From Chromatiales bacterium (GTDB lineage Bacteria > Pseudomonadota > Gammaproteobacteria > RBG-16-57-12): a DNA stretch of 64,000 nt. Within the stretch, counting starts at the first letter, position 1; every line of letters begins with the position of its first letter. Location of the stretch: contig JALSJH010000022.1 of NCBI GenBank assembly GCA_026989455.1, forward strand, positions 29,146 through 93,145, read 5' to 3'. A program made the position numbers and the translations under genes. Of the stretch, positions 54,539 to 64,000 are shown one piece after another. A model generated the notes under the pieces. The model was not told the DNA's origin, searched no databases, and saw only the letters and a program-made list of their open reading frames with translations.

Positions 54539-55267
54539 ATGCGTGTTCCTCGCCTCTACGTTGATGCTCCACTGCAAAACGGCCTCGAAGTTGAGCTGGC
54601 TGGTGCGGTCGCTAACCACTGTGTCAGGGTGTTGCGGTTGAAGCCAGGTGCTCGATTAACCCTTTTTAACGGGCGGGGCGGTGAGTTCAGTGCACATCTG
54701 GTTTTAGTAGAAAAACGTCGTGCTACAGCCCTATTGGATGAGTGGCATGAGCGAGAAGTAGAATCCCCTCTACAGGTAGAGATTGCGCAGTGTATCTCCC
54801 GAGGTGAGCGCATGGATTACACGGTTCAAAAGGTAGTTGAATTGGGTGCGAGTGGTATTACCCCGATCATCGCTGAACGTACGGTGGTTAACCTAAAGGG
54901 GGAGCGCGCCGAAAAACGTCGACTGCACTGGCAGGGCGTAGTGGTCTCCGCTTGTGAGCAGTCGGGGCGCAACCGAATTCCTGCGGTGCAACCGCTAATT
55001 CACTTCAAACAGTGGGTCAACCAGCCCCGTGAAGGACTAAAGTTGGTATTGCACCATCGCGCAGCGCAGGAGATGCGCAATATGACACGCCCAAAAAAGG
55101 GAGTGACACTGCTGATCGGCCCTGAAGGTGGTTTGAGTGAGCAGGAGATTAGGCTGGCTGAGCAGGCGGGGTTTGTCTCAGTTTGCTTGGGCCCTCGCGT
55201 ACTGCGAACAGAGACCGCAGCACTCAGTACACTCTCATTGCTGCAACTGTTGTGGGGAGATTTCTGA
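54539..55267 (+). CDS. rsmE: 16S rRNA (uracil1498-N3)-methyltransferase RsmE
   Basis: RsmE N-terminus (RVPRLYVDAPL) and a C-terminal SPOUT motif (GPEGGLSEQE). Confidence 0.9.
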   Translation: MRVPRLYVDAPLQNGLEVELAGAVANHCVRVLRLKPGARLTLFNGRGGEFSAHLVLVEKRRATALLDEWHEREVESPLQVEIAQCISRGERMDYTVQKVVELGASGITPIIAERTVVNLKGERAEKRRLHWQGVVVSACEQSGRNRIPAVQPLIHFKQWVNQPREGLKLVLHHRAAQEMRNMTRPKKGVTLLIGPEGGLSEQEIRLAEQAGFVSVCLGPRVLRTETAALSTLSLLQLLWGDF

Positions 55268-55427
55268 TTTTTTGTAACATACGATCTACTCCTTTCCCCT
55301 GCCACATAGGCGATTCCCATTTATATTTTAAATAACCTCCCGCAAACGACCGACCTAATACCCTGATCCTGCGAGTTTCTATTCGGGGGTTAGGATAATA
55401 CTATAGTGTTGCGATACTGGAGTCACA

Positions 55428-56642
55428 ATGAAGTTGGGTCGATTCTACAAAAGTGAAAAGGGCGCTGTGCGGCCTGCAAAAATCGGGCTGGTACTGGCGG
55501 GTGGTGGTGCGCGAGCAGCCTACCAAGTGGGTGTTTTGAAGGGGATTGCTGAGTTTGTACCGGTGGGTGAGTCTAACCCGTTTCCCATTATCAGTGGTAC
55601 CTCTGCCGGAGCGATTAACGGCGCGGCACTGGCGATCTATGCGCCACATTTTCATGGTGCTGTTCGTAGGCTCTGCTCTGTGTGGGAAAATTTTCATGTC
55701 TCCCACGTCTTTCGCTCAGATCCGGCGGGGATGCTACAAAATGGTAGCTTGTGGATGTTGGCGATGCTGCTGGGTGGGTTAGGCAAACACAACCCTCAGG
55801 CATTGCTGAACCGGCAGCCGCTGCATGAGTTATTATCAAGAAGATTACCTTGTGCGCGCATTCAAAAGTCGATTGATGACGGCTTTTTAGATGCCTTTGG
55901 GGTGAGTTGCTCCGGTTACAGCAGCGGCCAGTCGGTGACTTTTTTTCAGGGGCGAGATGAGATAAACCCCTGGCAGCGGGTTCGGCGGGTAGGTACGCGT
56001 TCGGTAATCACCACCGAACACTTGATGGCATCCTCCGCACTACCGTTTATTTTTCGCCCCGAAAAAATTCATCGTGAATATTACGGTGATGGCTCGATGC
56101 GCCAAATGGCACCCCTGAGCCCGGCGCTGCATATGGGGGCTGAACGCCTTTTGGTGATCGGGGTGCGGCTGGATGATGGCCAGCAGCCCGAGCGAGCAGT
56201 GGATGCAGTGATTCCTACGGTAGCGCAAGTGGCGGGACATGCGCTTAACAGCATTTTTCTGGACTCACTAGATGCAGATCTTGAGCGGCTGCACCGCATC
56301 AATAAGACCGTGGATCTAATTCCCCGTCGCAAAGGGAGTGAAACATCACTGCGCCGGGTTGAGAGCCTAGTGATTTCACCCAGTCGTCACCTGAGTGAAA
56401 TTGCAGAAGAGTATGCAGCACTGCTACCGAGGTCGGTTGCTTACTTTTTTCGCGGTATTGGTGTCTATAAAAAAGATGGTTCCGATTTTTTAAGTTACCT
56501 GCTGTTTGAGCGAGAGTATTGCCAAGCGTTAATTGAGCTGGGGTATCACGATGCCATGGCGCAGCGTGAAAATATTATCAGTTTTCTGAATGATAAAGAT
56601 TACCAGACCCCCATAGAAGAGGCTGAGGATACCGACTTTTAA
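55428..56642 (+). CDS. Patatin-like phospholipase
   Basis: Oxyanion hole GGGARAAYQVG, GTSAG nucleophile elbow, and a DGG catalytic Asp region. Confidence 0.85.
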   Translation: MKLGRFYKSEKGAVRPAKIGLVLAGGGARAAYQVGVLKGIAEFVPVGESNPFPIISGTSAGAINGAALAIYAPHFHGAVRRLCSVWENFHVSHVFRSDPAGMLQNGSLWMLAMLLGGLGKHNPQALLNRQPLHELLSRRLPCARIQKSIDDGFLDAFGVSCSGYSSGQSVTFFQGRDEINPWQRVRRVGTRSVITTEHLMASSALPFIFRPEKIHREYYGDGSMRQMAPLSPALHMGAERLLVIGVRLDDGQQPERAVDAVIPTVAQVAGHALNSIFLDSLDADLERLHRINKTVDLIPRRKGSETSLRRVESLVISPSRHLSEIAEEYAALLPRSVAYFFRGIGVYKKDGSDFLSYLLFEREYCQALIELGYHDAMAQRENIISFLNDKDYQTPIEEAEDTDF

Positions 56643-57003
56643 GCCAGCACCCTGCCAGGCGCGTAGACTAATACAGCGCAATAGATAACCTTGCAGAGCA
56701 GGTGCAATGCCTGATCCTGATGGAAGCTTAGCTTCCCCTCGCATTTTAGAAAATCGATGACCGTATGCAGGCATGTCTCAATAAGCCCCAATAACAGGCT
56801 TTCGGTGATCAGCAGAACAATCCCGCCGTGAATCAGAGTATGTGCTCCTAGCCAGTATTGCCAAGGTGGGAAGTGCTTACTTTTGCGCTTATGGATCGCA
56901 CCATGGCGGCTTTTAGCCGCTGCCATCACATCACTCTGCAAAACAAAGTCTGCCAGTGCATGACCTGCAATCAGTAAAAAAAATAGTGTAAAAAATTCAG
57001 TCA
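56639..57003 (-). CDS. DUF3307 family membrane protein
   Basis: GHALADFVLQSD (H..D..Q signature). Start set at MTEFFTLFF within the longer ORF 56639..57130. Confidence 0.55.
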
Positions 57004-57311
57004 TGGCACTGCTTGTTCTTAGTGTTGTATAGCTTGAAGTCTTAATTGTTAGCGGAGCTTGTAAGGCAACTTTAGCATGATGGAGGTGCTTATTGATATT
57101 GCGGTTCAAAAATAGGGTCTGGGGTCTCATTTGTTCTGATTTGTCGGTATTTTTTACAGCTGTAGGTTGTTTGTGGTTTTGGTGTTATTTTTGATATAAA
57201 AAACAGGCGGTTACGGAAGGTTTTTTTTGGCTTATTTTTTGCTTGTTTACTTTTCGTATTTTAAGTTTTTTGAACCATGTTAAGTAAAAACAATAAATGG
57301 AGAGTTGTCAT

Positions 57312-58241
57312 ATGAAAAATGGTATTTGGGCTGCGCCCTTTCAGAAAAATGCACTATCAGCGGCGGTTTGTCTTGGTTTGATTGTGGCGGCATCTAATGC
57401 CCAGGCCGCTGTTCTTACCGCAGGGGCAGCGGTTGATCTACAGACAGCAGCAACGGTGAGTACAACCGCTACAGATCCAGCATGGGTATCTGTTGGTGAA
57501 TATGAGTCTGACGCTACCGGCCAAGGTTTCGCATCGGGTTCGGGTAGTGACGATGGTTTCATGTTCTCCCGTGCTAGTGGTGATGGCTTCTTCTCTGCAG
57601 AGGGTTATATTCAACAAACGGTTGAGTTCACTAACACCAGCGGCATCGCACAAAACTACTTTTTCGACTTTACTATCAACAATGGTGCCTTGAGTACATA
57701 TAACTATGTCCCGCTGCTTGCGGGTGAGTATGTGCAGGCGGGCAATACGGTTGCGATTCAATTAAATGGTGCAGATATTTATACCAGTAACGCAACACTG
57801 CTGACGGATGACACTGGTTCCAGCCTTACCACAACGGGTTCTGTGCTGGGGAGTTATACCGCTGGATCGGATTACTACAGCTGGGGAACCTACAGCGGAA
57901 CACTGGATCTGGGGGTTTTTAACCCGGGTGAAAGCTTTCTGCTTGAGTACGATATATTCACCTTTGCCGATAGTAACGTTGACAGGTTAGACTCGGGTTA
58001 TGGTGAGTGTGGTTATGGTGGCTGGGGCGGTGATGAATTATGGCTTGTAGAGGAGTGTGGTGGTTGGTTTGTGACTTCTGCCGGTTCACGTTTCGGTGAC
58101 CCTAATGGTATCAGTGGTATGCCGATTAACCCAACGACTGTAACCAGTACCTCTGTACCTGAGCCAGGTCTGCTGTTCTTGCTGGGCGGTGGTGTTGCCG
58201 GGCTTGCTTTTGCGAGAAGAAACAGAGCGCGTAAAGGCTAG
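57312..58241 (+). CDS. PEP-CTERM sorting-domain secreted protein, paralog 1
   Basis: Signal peptide and C-terminal VPEPGLLFLLGGGVAGLAFARRNRARKG. RBS GGAGAG 7 nt upstream of the internal ATG, conserved with the paralog. Confidence 0.85.
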   Translation: MKNGIWAAPFQKNALSAAVCLGLIVAASNAQAAVLTAGAAVDLQTAATVSTTATDPAWVSVGEYESDATGQGFASGSGSDDGFMFSRASGDGFFSAEGYIQQTVEFTNTSGIAQNYFFDFTINNGALSTYNYVPLLAGEYVQAGNTVAIQLNGADIYTSNATLLTDDTGSSLTTTGSVLGSYTAGSDYYSWGTYSGTLDLGVFNPGESFLLEYDIFTFADSNVDRLDSGYGECGYGGWGGDELWLVEECGGWFVTSAGSRFGDPNGISGMPINPTTVTSTSVPEPGLLFLLGGGVAGLAFARRNRARKG

Positions 58242-58324
58242 TTTTTCTGCTGCATCGGCATGTCACCTCTTTGAATGGAGGTAGGCTTGCTGGTCAGTGC
58301 TGGCTTTAAGCTCTCAGTAAAAAA

Positions 58325-58348
58325 GGCACCTAACGGTGCCTTTTTTAT
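58325..58348 (+). terminator. Rho-independent terminator
   Basis: ggcacc-taac-ggtgcc followed by tttttt. Confidence 0.8.
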
Positions 58349-58609
58349 TGGCCGAACGGTATGTTGCAGAGGTTGAGGGCTTTCCCTCGTGACGACCCCT
58401 ATTCTCGGGCAGCTTCCTAGTCACTCTTTTATGGCTTAAGTGTGTTGATTTGTCGGTTTTTTTTACGGTTATTTGTTTGCTTAAATTACATTATTTTTTT
58501 TAATATAAAAAACAGCGGGTTATCCTGGTTGTTTTTAGTGGCCTGTATTTTGCTTTGTTATGCAATAAGCGTTCTGTGAGTGATGAGCAATATTAAGGAG
58601 AGTTGTAAT

Positions 58610-59542
58610 ATGAAAAGTTCTATGTGGGTTACGCCCTTTCAGAAAAATGCGCTATCAGCAGCGGTTTGCCTTGGATTGGTTGCGATGGTGCCCGCTGCAC
58701 AGGCAACTATTTTGACCGCCAGCGCAACTGTTGAAATGCAGTCATATGGTCCGCTAACCGATACTGAAACAGACCCCTCATCTGTGAGCGTGGATGTCTA
58801 TAGCAACGGTGCCGACAGCACAGGTTATGCCTATAGCGCGGCTTGGGGCAATGAGAGTGGAGATATGTTCTCCCGTGCCAGTGGTGATGGCTTCTTTTCT
58901 GCTGAGGGTCATATTCAGCAAGTGGTGGAGTTCACCAATAACAGCGGTACCGCGCAGAACTATTTTTTCGACTTCACCATAAATAGTGGCAGCCTGTGGG
59001 CGCAAAACTACGCCACTTTAGGCACGGGTGAGTATGTGCAGGCGGGCAATGCGGTTGCGATTAAATTAAATGGTGTGGATATTTTTACCAGTGAGGCGAC
59101 ATTGCTGAATGATGAGAGTGGCTTAAGTCTCTCGACCAGCGGTGTTGCACTGGGTAGTTATGTGGCCGGCTCAAGCAACTATGGCTGGGGAAACTACACC
59201 GGTACCTTGGATCTGGGAATCTTTAATGCAGGTGACAGCTTTCTGCTTGAGTACGATATTTTCACCTTTGCTGATAGTAACGCAGCAACGTTATCCAATT
59301 GTGAAGAGGGATACGGTGGATTGAGTGATGGCAATGGCGGAGATGAGGAGATGTTATGTTGGTTCACCTCTTATGGCTCTTCACGTTTCGGTGACCCCAA
59401 TGGCATTAATGGTATGCCGATCACAAATAATACCGTAACCAGCACATTGGCACAGGTGCCTGAGCCAGCTCTGTTGTTTTTGCTGGGCGGTGGTGTTGCA
59501 GGGCTTGCTTTTGCGAGAAGAAACAGAGCGCGTAAAGGCTAG
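58610..59542 (+). CDS. PEP-CTERM sorting-domain secreted protein, paralog 2
   Basis: Same architecture; the C-terminal 30 aa are identical to paralog 1. Confidence 0.85.
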   Translation: MKSSMWVTPFQKNALSAAVCLGLVAMVPAAQATILTASATVEMQSYGPLTDTETDPSSVSVDVYSNGADSTGYAYSAAWGNESGDMFSRASGDGFFSAEGHIQQVVEFTNNSGTAQNYFFDFTINSGSLWAQNYATLGTGEYVQAGNAVAIKLNGVDIFTSEATLLNDESGLSLSTSGVALGSYVAGSSNYGWGNYTGTLDLGIFNAGDSFLLEYDIFTFADSNAATLSNCEEGYGGLSDGNGGDEEMLCWFTSYGSSRFGDPNGINGMPITNNTVTSTLAQVPEPALLFLLGGGVAGLAFARRNRARKG

Positions 59543-59624
59543 TTTTACCACTGCATCGGCATGCCACCCCTTTGAGTGGAGGTAGGCCTGCTGGTCGGTA
59601 CTGGCTTTAAGCTCTCAGTAAAAA

Positions 59625-59650
59625 AGGCACCTCACGGTGCCTTTTTTATG
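59625..59650. terminator. Rho-independent terminator (also abuts the 3' end of the convergent GT gene)
   Basis: ggcacc-tcac-ggtgcc followed by tttttt. Confidence 0.75.
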
Positions 59651-60842
59651 GGTTGAGCAGTGTCTCGCAGGCGAAGAGCATCTCATCCAGTTGCTGTTGT
59701 GAGCTAAAGCCTTTGTAGTGCTCTGAAAATTGTTTTGCCTGCTTTTGGCAGGTGTCATCATTGAGCGTGGATCGAAGCTCCTCAGCAAAGTCAGGCTGCT
59801 CAGCGCTTCTGGGGTCGATGTGATGGGAGAGTTTGAAATGGCTTAATTTGCCAGCTAACAGCAGTTGTTCGAGCTGTGTAGGTAGTAACAGCAGTGGTAT
59901 ACCCATCAGTAAACAGGCGGCAACGGTTCCGTGCCCCGCATGGCATATAACAAGGTCTGCTTTCTCCGCTATGCTCTCTATTCGAATTGGATCCAGTGAG
60001 AAGTGAGTGTTTTTTGCACGATAGCTCTCCGCAGTAGCGCTATCCATTTCCGAGCAGTGGATAATGAAGTTGGCATCGATATTAATCAAACTTAATAGCA
60101 GTGCATCTAACCATTTGTATCGGCTGTTTGTATAAACAAAAATATTTTTCTGGCCATTTTCTGGCCAACTTGCCTCGGCTCCGCTGCTGTTGGTGAAGCG
60201 AGGCCCCCAGTAGGCATCCATGCGGCGCGCTGGGTAGTGATCAAGCTCTGGCAACGTGCATAAAAAACTCTCTCCCACATCAAATAGTTGATGCAGATAC
60301 TCCAACTCAGTGGTGTCGAAGTGACGCAATACGCTGTTTATGGCCTCTAAAACACACGCCTCTATATGAAGCAGAAAATTTGGCTGGGTATTTAGCCAAG
60401 GAGTGATTGAGGGGAGTGGATAGAGTGCCGGGGGTAACGAGAAGCCCGTGCCTGAAGCGGCTGCGGGTATTTTTAGTGTTCTTGCGGCAATTAACGCGGT
60501 GGGTGAGTGGTCCGCGATAATTAGCTCGGTAGCCGATGCACTCAACTTGTCTCGCCACTGTTGAACCAAGGGTAGCAAGGATTCGCTCGAGTCATATCCG
60601 CAGCGCTGCAAAATGTCAGCATAGCTGATGGTTGGTGAGGTCTGTTTTCTCTGCTGCTTATGGAGTGGAGCCTGCAGACAGGTGACCGAATCGGCATCAA
60701 GAAACTTAGTGGCATGAGTGGTGTCACGCAGCAGTGCTGAAAGCGAGTGTCCCTTGGCGGTTAATTTTTCAACCAGTGGAGAGAAAGAGGCCAGGTGGCC
60801 ATAACCTCCGCCGAGCTCCCAGCAAAATGTAATATTGGACAT
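59646..60842 (-). CDS. GT1-family glycosyltransferase (MGT/UDP-glycosyltransferase-like)
   Basis: N-terminal GGGYGH motif and a C-terminal HAGHGT..A...G.P motif typical of GT-B UDP-glycosyltransferases. Confidence 0.75.
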   Translation of the reverse strand: MSNITFCWELGGGYGHLASFSPLVEKLTAKGHSLSALLRDTTHATKFLDADSVTCLQAPLHKQQRKQTSPTISYADILQRCGYDSSESLLPLVQQWRDKLSASATELIIADHSPTALIAARTLKIPAAASGTGFSLPPALYPLPSITPWLNTQPNFLLHIEACVLEAINSVLRHFDTTELEYLHQLFDVGESFLCTLPELDHYPARRMDAYWGPRFTNSSGAEASWPENGQKNIFVYTNSRYKWLDALLLSLINIDANFIIHCSEMDSATAESYRAKNTHFSLDPIRIESIAEKADLVICHAGHGTVAACLLMGIPLLLLPTQLEQLLLAGKLSHFKLSHHIDPRSAEQPDFAEELRSTLNDDTCQKQAKQFSEHYKGFSSQQQLDEMLFACETLLNP

Positions 60843-60926
60843 GTCGAAATAGACTCACTATTAAACCAGTATGGAGAGGGTAGAATTGCCTGCTTTAAAT
60901 GTCCACCTATATCCAACCTGCTTGGT

Positions 60927-62594
60927 TTATTGAACCTGTGCTGTGCCGATACCTCTGGGGTCACTTGCGGCGGTCACTCTGTTGAGCTTTTTATCCCACA
61001 AAATCGCCTGCATTCCACCGTATTGATGGTCGAGTCGTTTCATTTTATGGCCGCGTGTTTGCAACGCATTGACCAGTTCATTGCTGAGTGCGCCGGGTTC
61101 ATACTGAATTTGGTCGGGTAGGTATTGGTGGTGAAACCGTGGGCGATTCACCCATGCGTCAACGGTGCTGTTTTCTGCAAATTCAAGTGTTGCCAGTAGC
61201 AGCATGGTGATGATGCGGCTGCCACCGGGCGTGCCCAGAATAGCCACACGATCAGCTGTTTCCAAAAAGCTGGGGGTCATACTCGAGAGCGGGCGTTTGC
61301 CGGGTTCGATGGCATTGGCCTCGGCACCGACCAGGCCGTAGGCGTTGGGTGTGCCCGGTTTACTGGAGAAATCATCCATCTCATCATTGAGTAAAACCCC
61401 GGTGCCGGGAGGCACAAAGCCGGAGCCAAAGGGGTAGTTGATACTCATGGTGGCCGAGACGCGGTTGCCCTGTTTGTCGATGATTGAGAAGTGAGTGGTA
61501 TCACGCCCCTTTTCATAACCCTCAATGGCTCCCGGCAGTAGTTTGCTGGGGGTGGCCTGATGGGGGTGAATGGCGGCGCGCAAGCCGGCGGCGTACTGTT
61601 TGCTGGTGAGCAGTTGCTGGGGGACTTCAATAAAATCACCATCACCCAAGTACTCGGCACGATCACGGTAGGCGCGTCGCATCGCTTCCACTATGAGATG
61701 AGTGCGCTGAGCATCATCCATGCTATTGAGTGGGTAACCTTCCAGGATGTTCAGCATGGTGGATAACACAATGCCACCGGACGAGGGCAGCGCCGCTGAG
61801 GTAAGGGTGATGTTGTGGTACTGGCTACGAATCGGCTCCCGTACAATCAGTTGGTAGTTTTCCAGATCATGGTGCGTCCAGATTCCCCCCGCCTGTTGGA
61901 CACCGTGGATAAGCCGCTTGGCGACATCACCTTGGTAAAAGCCTTTGGCACCCTGTATTGCAATGGCTTTAAGCGTATTGGCAAGGTCCGGCTGTTTAAG
62001 GATGAAGTGATCACCGGGTGGTTGATTGTTTTCAAGGAAAATAGCGGCCGCCGCAGATGAGTCTTGTAACGCTTTGAGGCGAAAGTTAGCCATTCTCTGG
62101 TAGGGTTTATCGATGTTAAACCCCTGCTCGGCATAGCGGATGGCGGCTGAGAGTGATTGGCTAAGGGGGAGTTTTCCATATTGGCTTGCAAGGTACTCCA
62201 TAGCCGCTGGTGTGCCGGGAATTCCGGCCGCCAGCGGGCCATTCATGGAGAGATTGGGGATTACCTCACCCTGTGCATCCAGATACATATTACGGTGCGC
62301 TTTAGCGGGAGCCATTTCACGGCCATCAATCATCCACGCTCTGTTCTGTTGGGCATCATGAATCAACCAAAAGCCACCGCCGCCTAAACCCGAGCCGGTA
62401 GGTTCTACTACCGCCAGTGCTGCGGTGACTGCCACGGCAGCATCAAATGCATTCCCCCCTTGTTCAAGAATCTCCATGCCGGCTTGAGTGGCGAGTGGAT
62501 GGGCGGTTACAACCGCTGCTTGGGGCGGATTCTCTTGAGCCAGACAGAGGCTGCTGATAAGAAAGAGAGAGATCAGGGTTAGGGCTCGTCGCAT
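60927..62594 (-). CDS. ggt: Gamma-glutamyltranspeptidase
   Basis: Ntn-hydrolase motifs (TTHFSIIDKQGN; GGSRIIT). Signal peptide. The start was trimmed to MRRALTLISL. Confidence 0.9.
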   Translation of the reverse strand: MRRALTLISLFLISSLCLAQENPPQAAVVTAHPLATQAGMEILEQGGNAFDAAVAVTAALAVVEPTGSGLGGGGFWLIHDAQQNRAWMIDGREMAPAKAHRNMYLDAQGEVIPNLSMNGPLAAGIPGTPAAMEYLASQYGKLPLSQSLSAAIRYAEQGFNIDKPYQRMANFRLKALQDSSAAAAIFLENNQPPGDHFILKQPDLANTLKAIAIQGAKGFYQGDVAKRLIHGVQQAGGIWTHHDLENYQLIVREPIRSQYHNITLTSAALPSSGGIVLSTMLNILEGYPLNSMDDAQRTHLIVEAMRRAYRDRAEYLGDGDFIEVPQQLLTSKQYAAGLRAAIHPHQATPSKLLPGAIEGYEKGRDTTHFSIIDKQGNRVSATMSINYPFGSGFVPPGTGVLLNDEMDDFSSKPGTPNAYGLVGAEANAIEPGKRPLSSMTPSFLETADRVAILGTPGGSRIITMLLLATLEFAENSTVDAWVNRPRFHHQYLPDQIQYEPGALSNELVNALQTRGHKMKRLDHQYGGMQAILWDKKLNRVTAASDPRGIGTAQVQ

Positions 62595-62720
62595 GGTATT
62601 TCCCGGTTTATGTTTGGCTGGCACTCATCTGGATCGGTACAATGGATTTTCACACGTGAAGCGTGTTGTACTCAACCGTTATGTGTTCGGTTGGCGGGTA
62701 GATGGTCAATGGTAAGGGGG

Positions 62721-63191
62721 ATGGCGTTGAAACGATTAATAACATGGATATTCTGGGGTGTGGTACTACACGGGCTGCTATCCGTTGCGTTTGCGGCACA
62801 GCCACCGGACTGGAACAGTGTCGCGATTGAGTGGAATGATTACAGTCAGGGCATTAAAATTGCGCAGCAGAATAACAAGCCCATTATGATTATTTTCTAT
62901 GCCGACTGGTGTCCTACTTGTCACGCCTATAAAAATATCTTCAATAAACCATCCGTTATCGCATTAGCCAAAAAATTGGTGATGATCAAGGTGAATGTGG
63001 ATCAGTTTCCGCAGCTTAGCCAGCAGTTTGAGTTTGATGGTAGCTATGTGCCGCGCACTTTTGTGATGAATAGCGATGGGGTGGTGTTTGCTGCCTTGTA
63101 TCCGGAAAAGCGCTATAAATATTTTATCAAAGCACAGGATGTTGAGTCTTTTGAAAAGTTGATGGCGGCGGCTGTGGCTCAGGCGGGTTGA
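62721..63191 (+). CDS. Thioredoxin-fold periplasmic protein
   Basis: Signal peptide and a WCPTC active site (MIIFYADWCPTCHAYK). Start chosen at the Met preceded by aaggggg. Confidence 0.7.
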   Translation: MALKRLITWIFWGVVLHGLLSVAFAAQPPDWNSVAIEWNDYSQGIKIAQQNNKPIMIIFYADWCPTCHAYKNIFNKPSVIALAKKLVMIKVNVDQFPQLSQQFEFDGSYVPRTFVMNSDGVVFAALYPEKRYKYFIKAQDVESFEKLMAAAVAQAG

Positions 63192-63250
63192 AAGGGTCGT
63201 TAATGCCCCTTCCAAGTGCCGAAAGCACACACCATCAGAGCTTTCCTAAC

Positions 63251-63493
63251 TCACTCTTTTATCAGCAGGTTATAGATTTTATCCTTGAGTGCCAGACACT
63301 GTTTCTTTTTATTCTCAGTATACTCGTCTGAGGGTGTCTCTATCTGCTGTTCGATACGATAAATCTCTTTAGCTACCGCCTCATATTCCGATACCAGTTT
63401 GGAAAAGTGGGCATTGCTGGATTTTAATTGATGTATTTTATCTTTGAGGCTTGGGAATTCAGCGGCAAGATCAGAGTGGTGTTCACCAAACAT
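63251..63493 (-). CDS. DUF465 (YdcH-like) family protein
   Basis: 80-aa coiled-coil protein (LKDKIHQLKSSNAHFSKLVSEYEAVAKEI). Confidence 0.6.
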   Translation of the reverse strand: MFGEHHSDLAAEFPSLKDKIHQLKSSNAHFSKLVSEYEAVAKEIYRIEQQIETPSDEYTENKKKQCLALKDKIYNLLIKE

Positions 63494-63620
63494 GGCGTGC
63501 TCCTTTTTAGTTAGTGTTGCGGATTGTGTTTACTCTTAAATTATGAACCTATCTGCTCTGTTTTGACAGCAATGAAGTAAGTTTTTTGAAGGGTTTTAAT
63601 GCGGTACTGGGGCGCTCAGT

Positions 63621-64000
63621 TTATGAGTTGTCGGGGTAGCTTATCTCAACCACATAGAGCAGCTTCTCCCCTTGAGGTGTGATGACTTTTACCTCATCAT
63701 CCAGGCATTTTTTTAACAGGGCACGGGCCATGGGGGAATCGACACTAATGCGGCCAGATGCGGGGTCAATTTCATCGGGGCCAACAATTTGATAGCGTGC
63801 CTGCTCTCCGTCAAGATCTTCCACACTGACCCATGCACCAAAGAATATTCGGTTTTTATCAGCAGGGGCGTGGTGAACAACAGTGAGTGCCGGCAGGCGT
63901 TTTTGCAGGTAACGGATACGCCGGTCAATACCGCGTAGCTCTTTCTTGCGGTAGATGTACTCGGCATTCTCAGAACGATCCCCCTCGGCAGCCGCAGCGG
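63621..64000 (-). CDS. greB: Transcription elongation factor GreB/GreA family, C-terminal part; 5' end lies outside the window
   Basis: C-terminal FKBP-like domain ([48 protein letters not shown]...). The reading frame continues in-frame to the window edge. Confidence 0.8.
   Translation of the reverse strand, partial: AAAAEGDRSENAEYIYRKKELRGIDRRIRYLQKRLPALTVVHHAPADKNRIFFGAWVSVEDLDGEQARYQIVGPDEIDPASGRISVDSPMARALLKKCLDDEVKVITPQGEKLLYVVEISYPDNS

Noticed and set aside
1-64000. CRISPR arrays, tRNA or rRNA genes
   Set aside because: No regular short direct repeats with unique spacers, no cloverleaf-compatible segments with conserved tRNA features, and no rRNA-like stretches were seen. The only multi-copy repeat is the MITE-like element.

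Overview
This 64-kb window is a chromosomal segment of a Gram-negative, probably gammaproteobacterial, chemolithoautotroph. Several neighbourhoods follow E. coli-like order (CorC-like/ypjD/ffh, rpsP-rimM-trmD-rplS, xerD-dsbC). Gene content in order:
- Cytochrome c maturation genes ccmE (partial), ccmF, ccmG, ccmH and ccmI.
- Two tandem periplasmic beta-propeller proteins.
- A rhodanese, a MATE pump, a RoxA-like cupin, aguA-aguB and a CorC-family protein.
- ypjD, a class-II cAMP-phosphodiesterase-like MBL hydrolase, and ffh.
- rpsP-rimM-trmD-rplS, then xerD and dsbC.
- A small cluster of a membrane protein, an EEP-family hydrolase and a tetraheme cytochrome fusion.
- An RND efflux pair, a SEC-C/TPR/GT41 protein, an RRM-like protein and an 11-heme doubled-CXXCH cytochrome.
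- A complete alpha-carboxysome (cso) locus: cbbL, cbbS, csoS2, csoSCA, csoS4A, csoS4B, two csoS1 copies, a bacterioferritin-like gene and a pterin-dehydratase-like (acRAF) gene. It is extended by a lysine/proline-rich disordered protein, sbtA-sbtB, a LysR regulator, a displaced tandem-BMC csoS1D and a SulP transporter with an unassigned C-terminal domain.
- A Nudix hydrolase, parC-parP-cheW-DUF2802, fliK-like and flhB-like genes.
- DUF455, a lipoprotein, rsmE, a patatin, DUF3307, two tandem PEP-CTERM paralogs, a GT1 glycosyltransferase, ggt, a thioredoxin-fold protein, DUF465 and the 3' part of greB.

No rRNA, tRNA or CRISPR was recognised. The strongest sequence-level novelty is a ~142-bp MITE-like element. 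It has 14-bp terminal inverted repeats, an 8-bp target-site duplication, two structure-preserving hairpins and an outward promoter-like motif. Three copies are present (22037-22178, 42186-42326 inverted, 52793-52934). One sits between the cso operon and sbtAB. Other points of interest are the disordered K/P-rich protein at the end of the cso operon (McdB-like?), the SulP C-terminal extension, and two structured intergenic RNA candidates.
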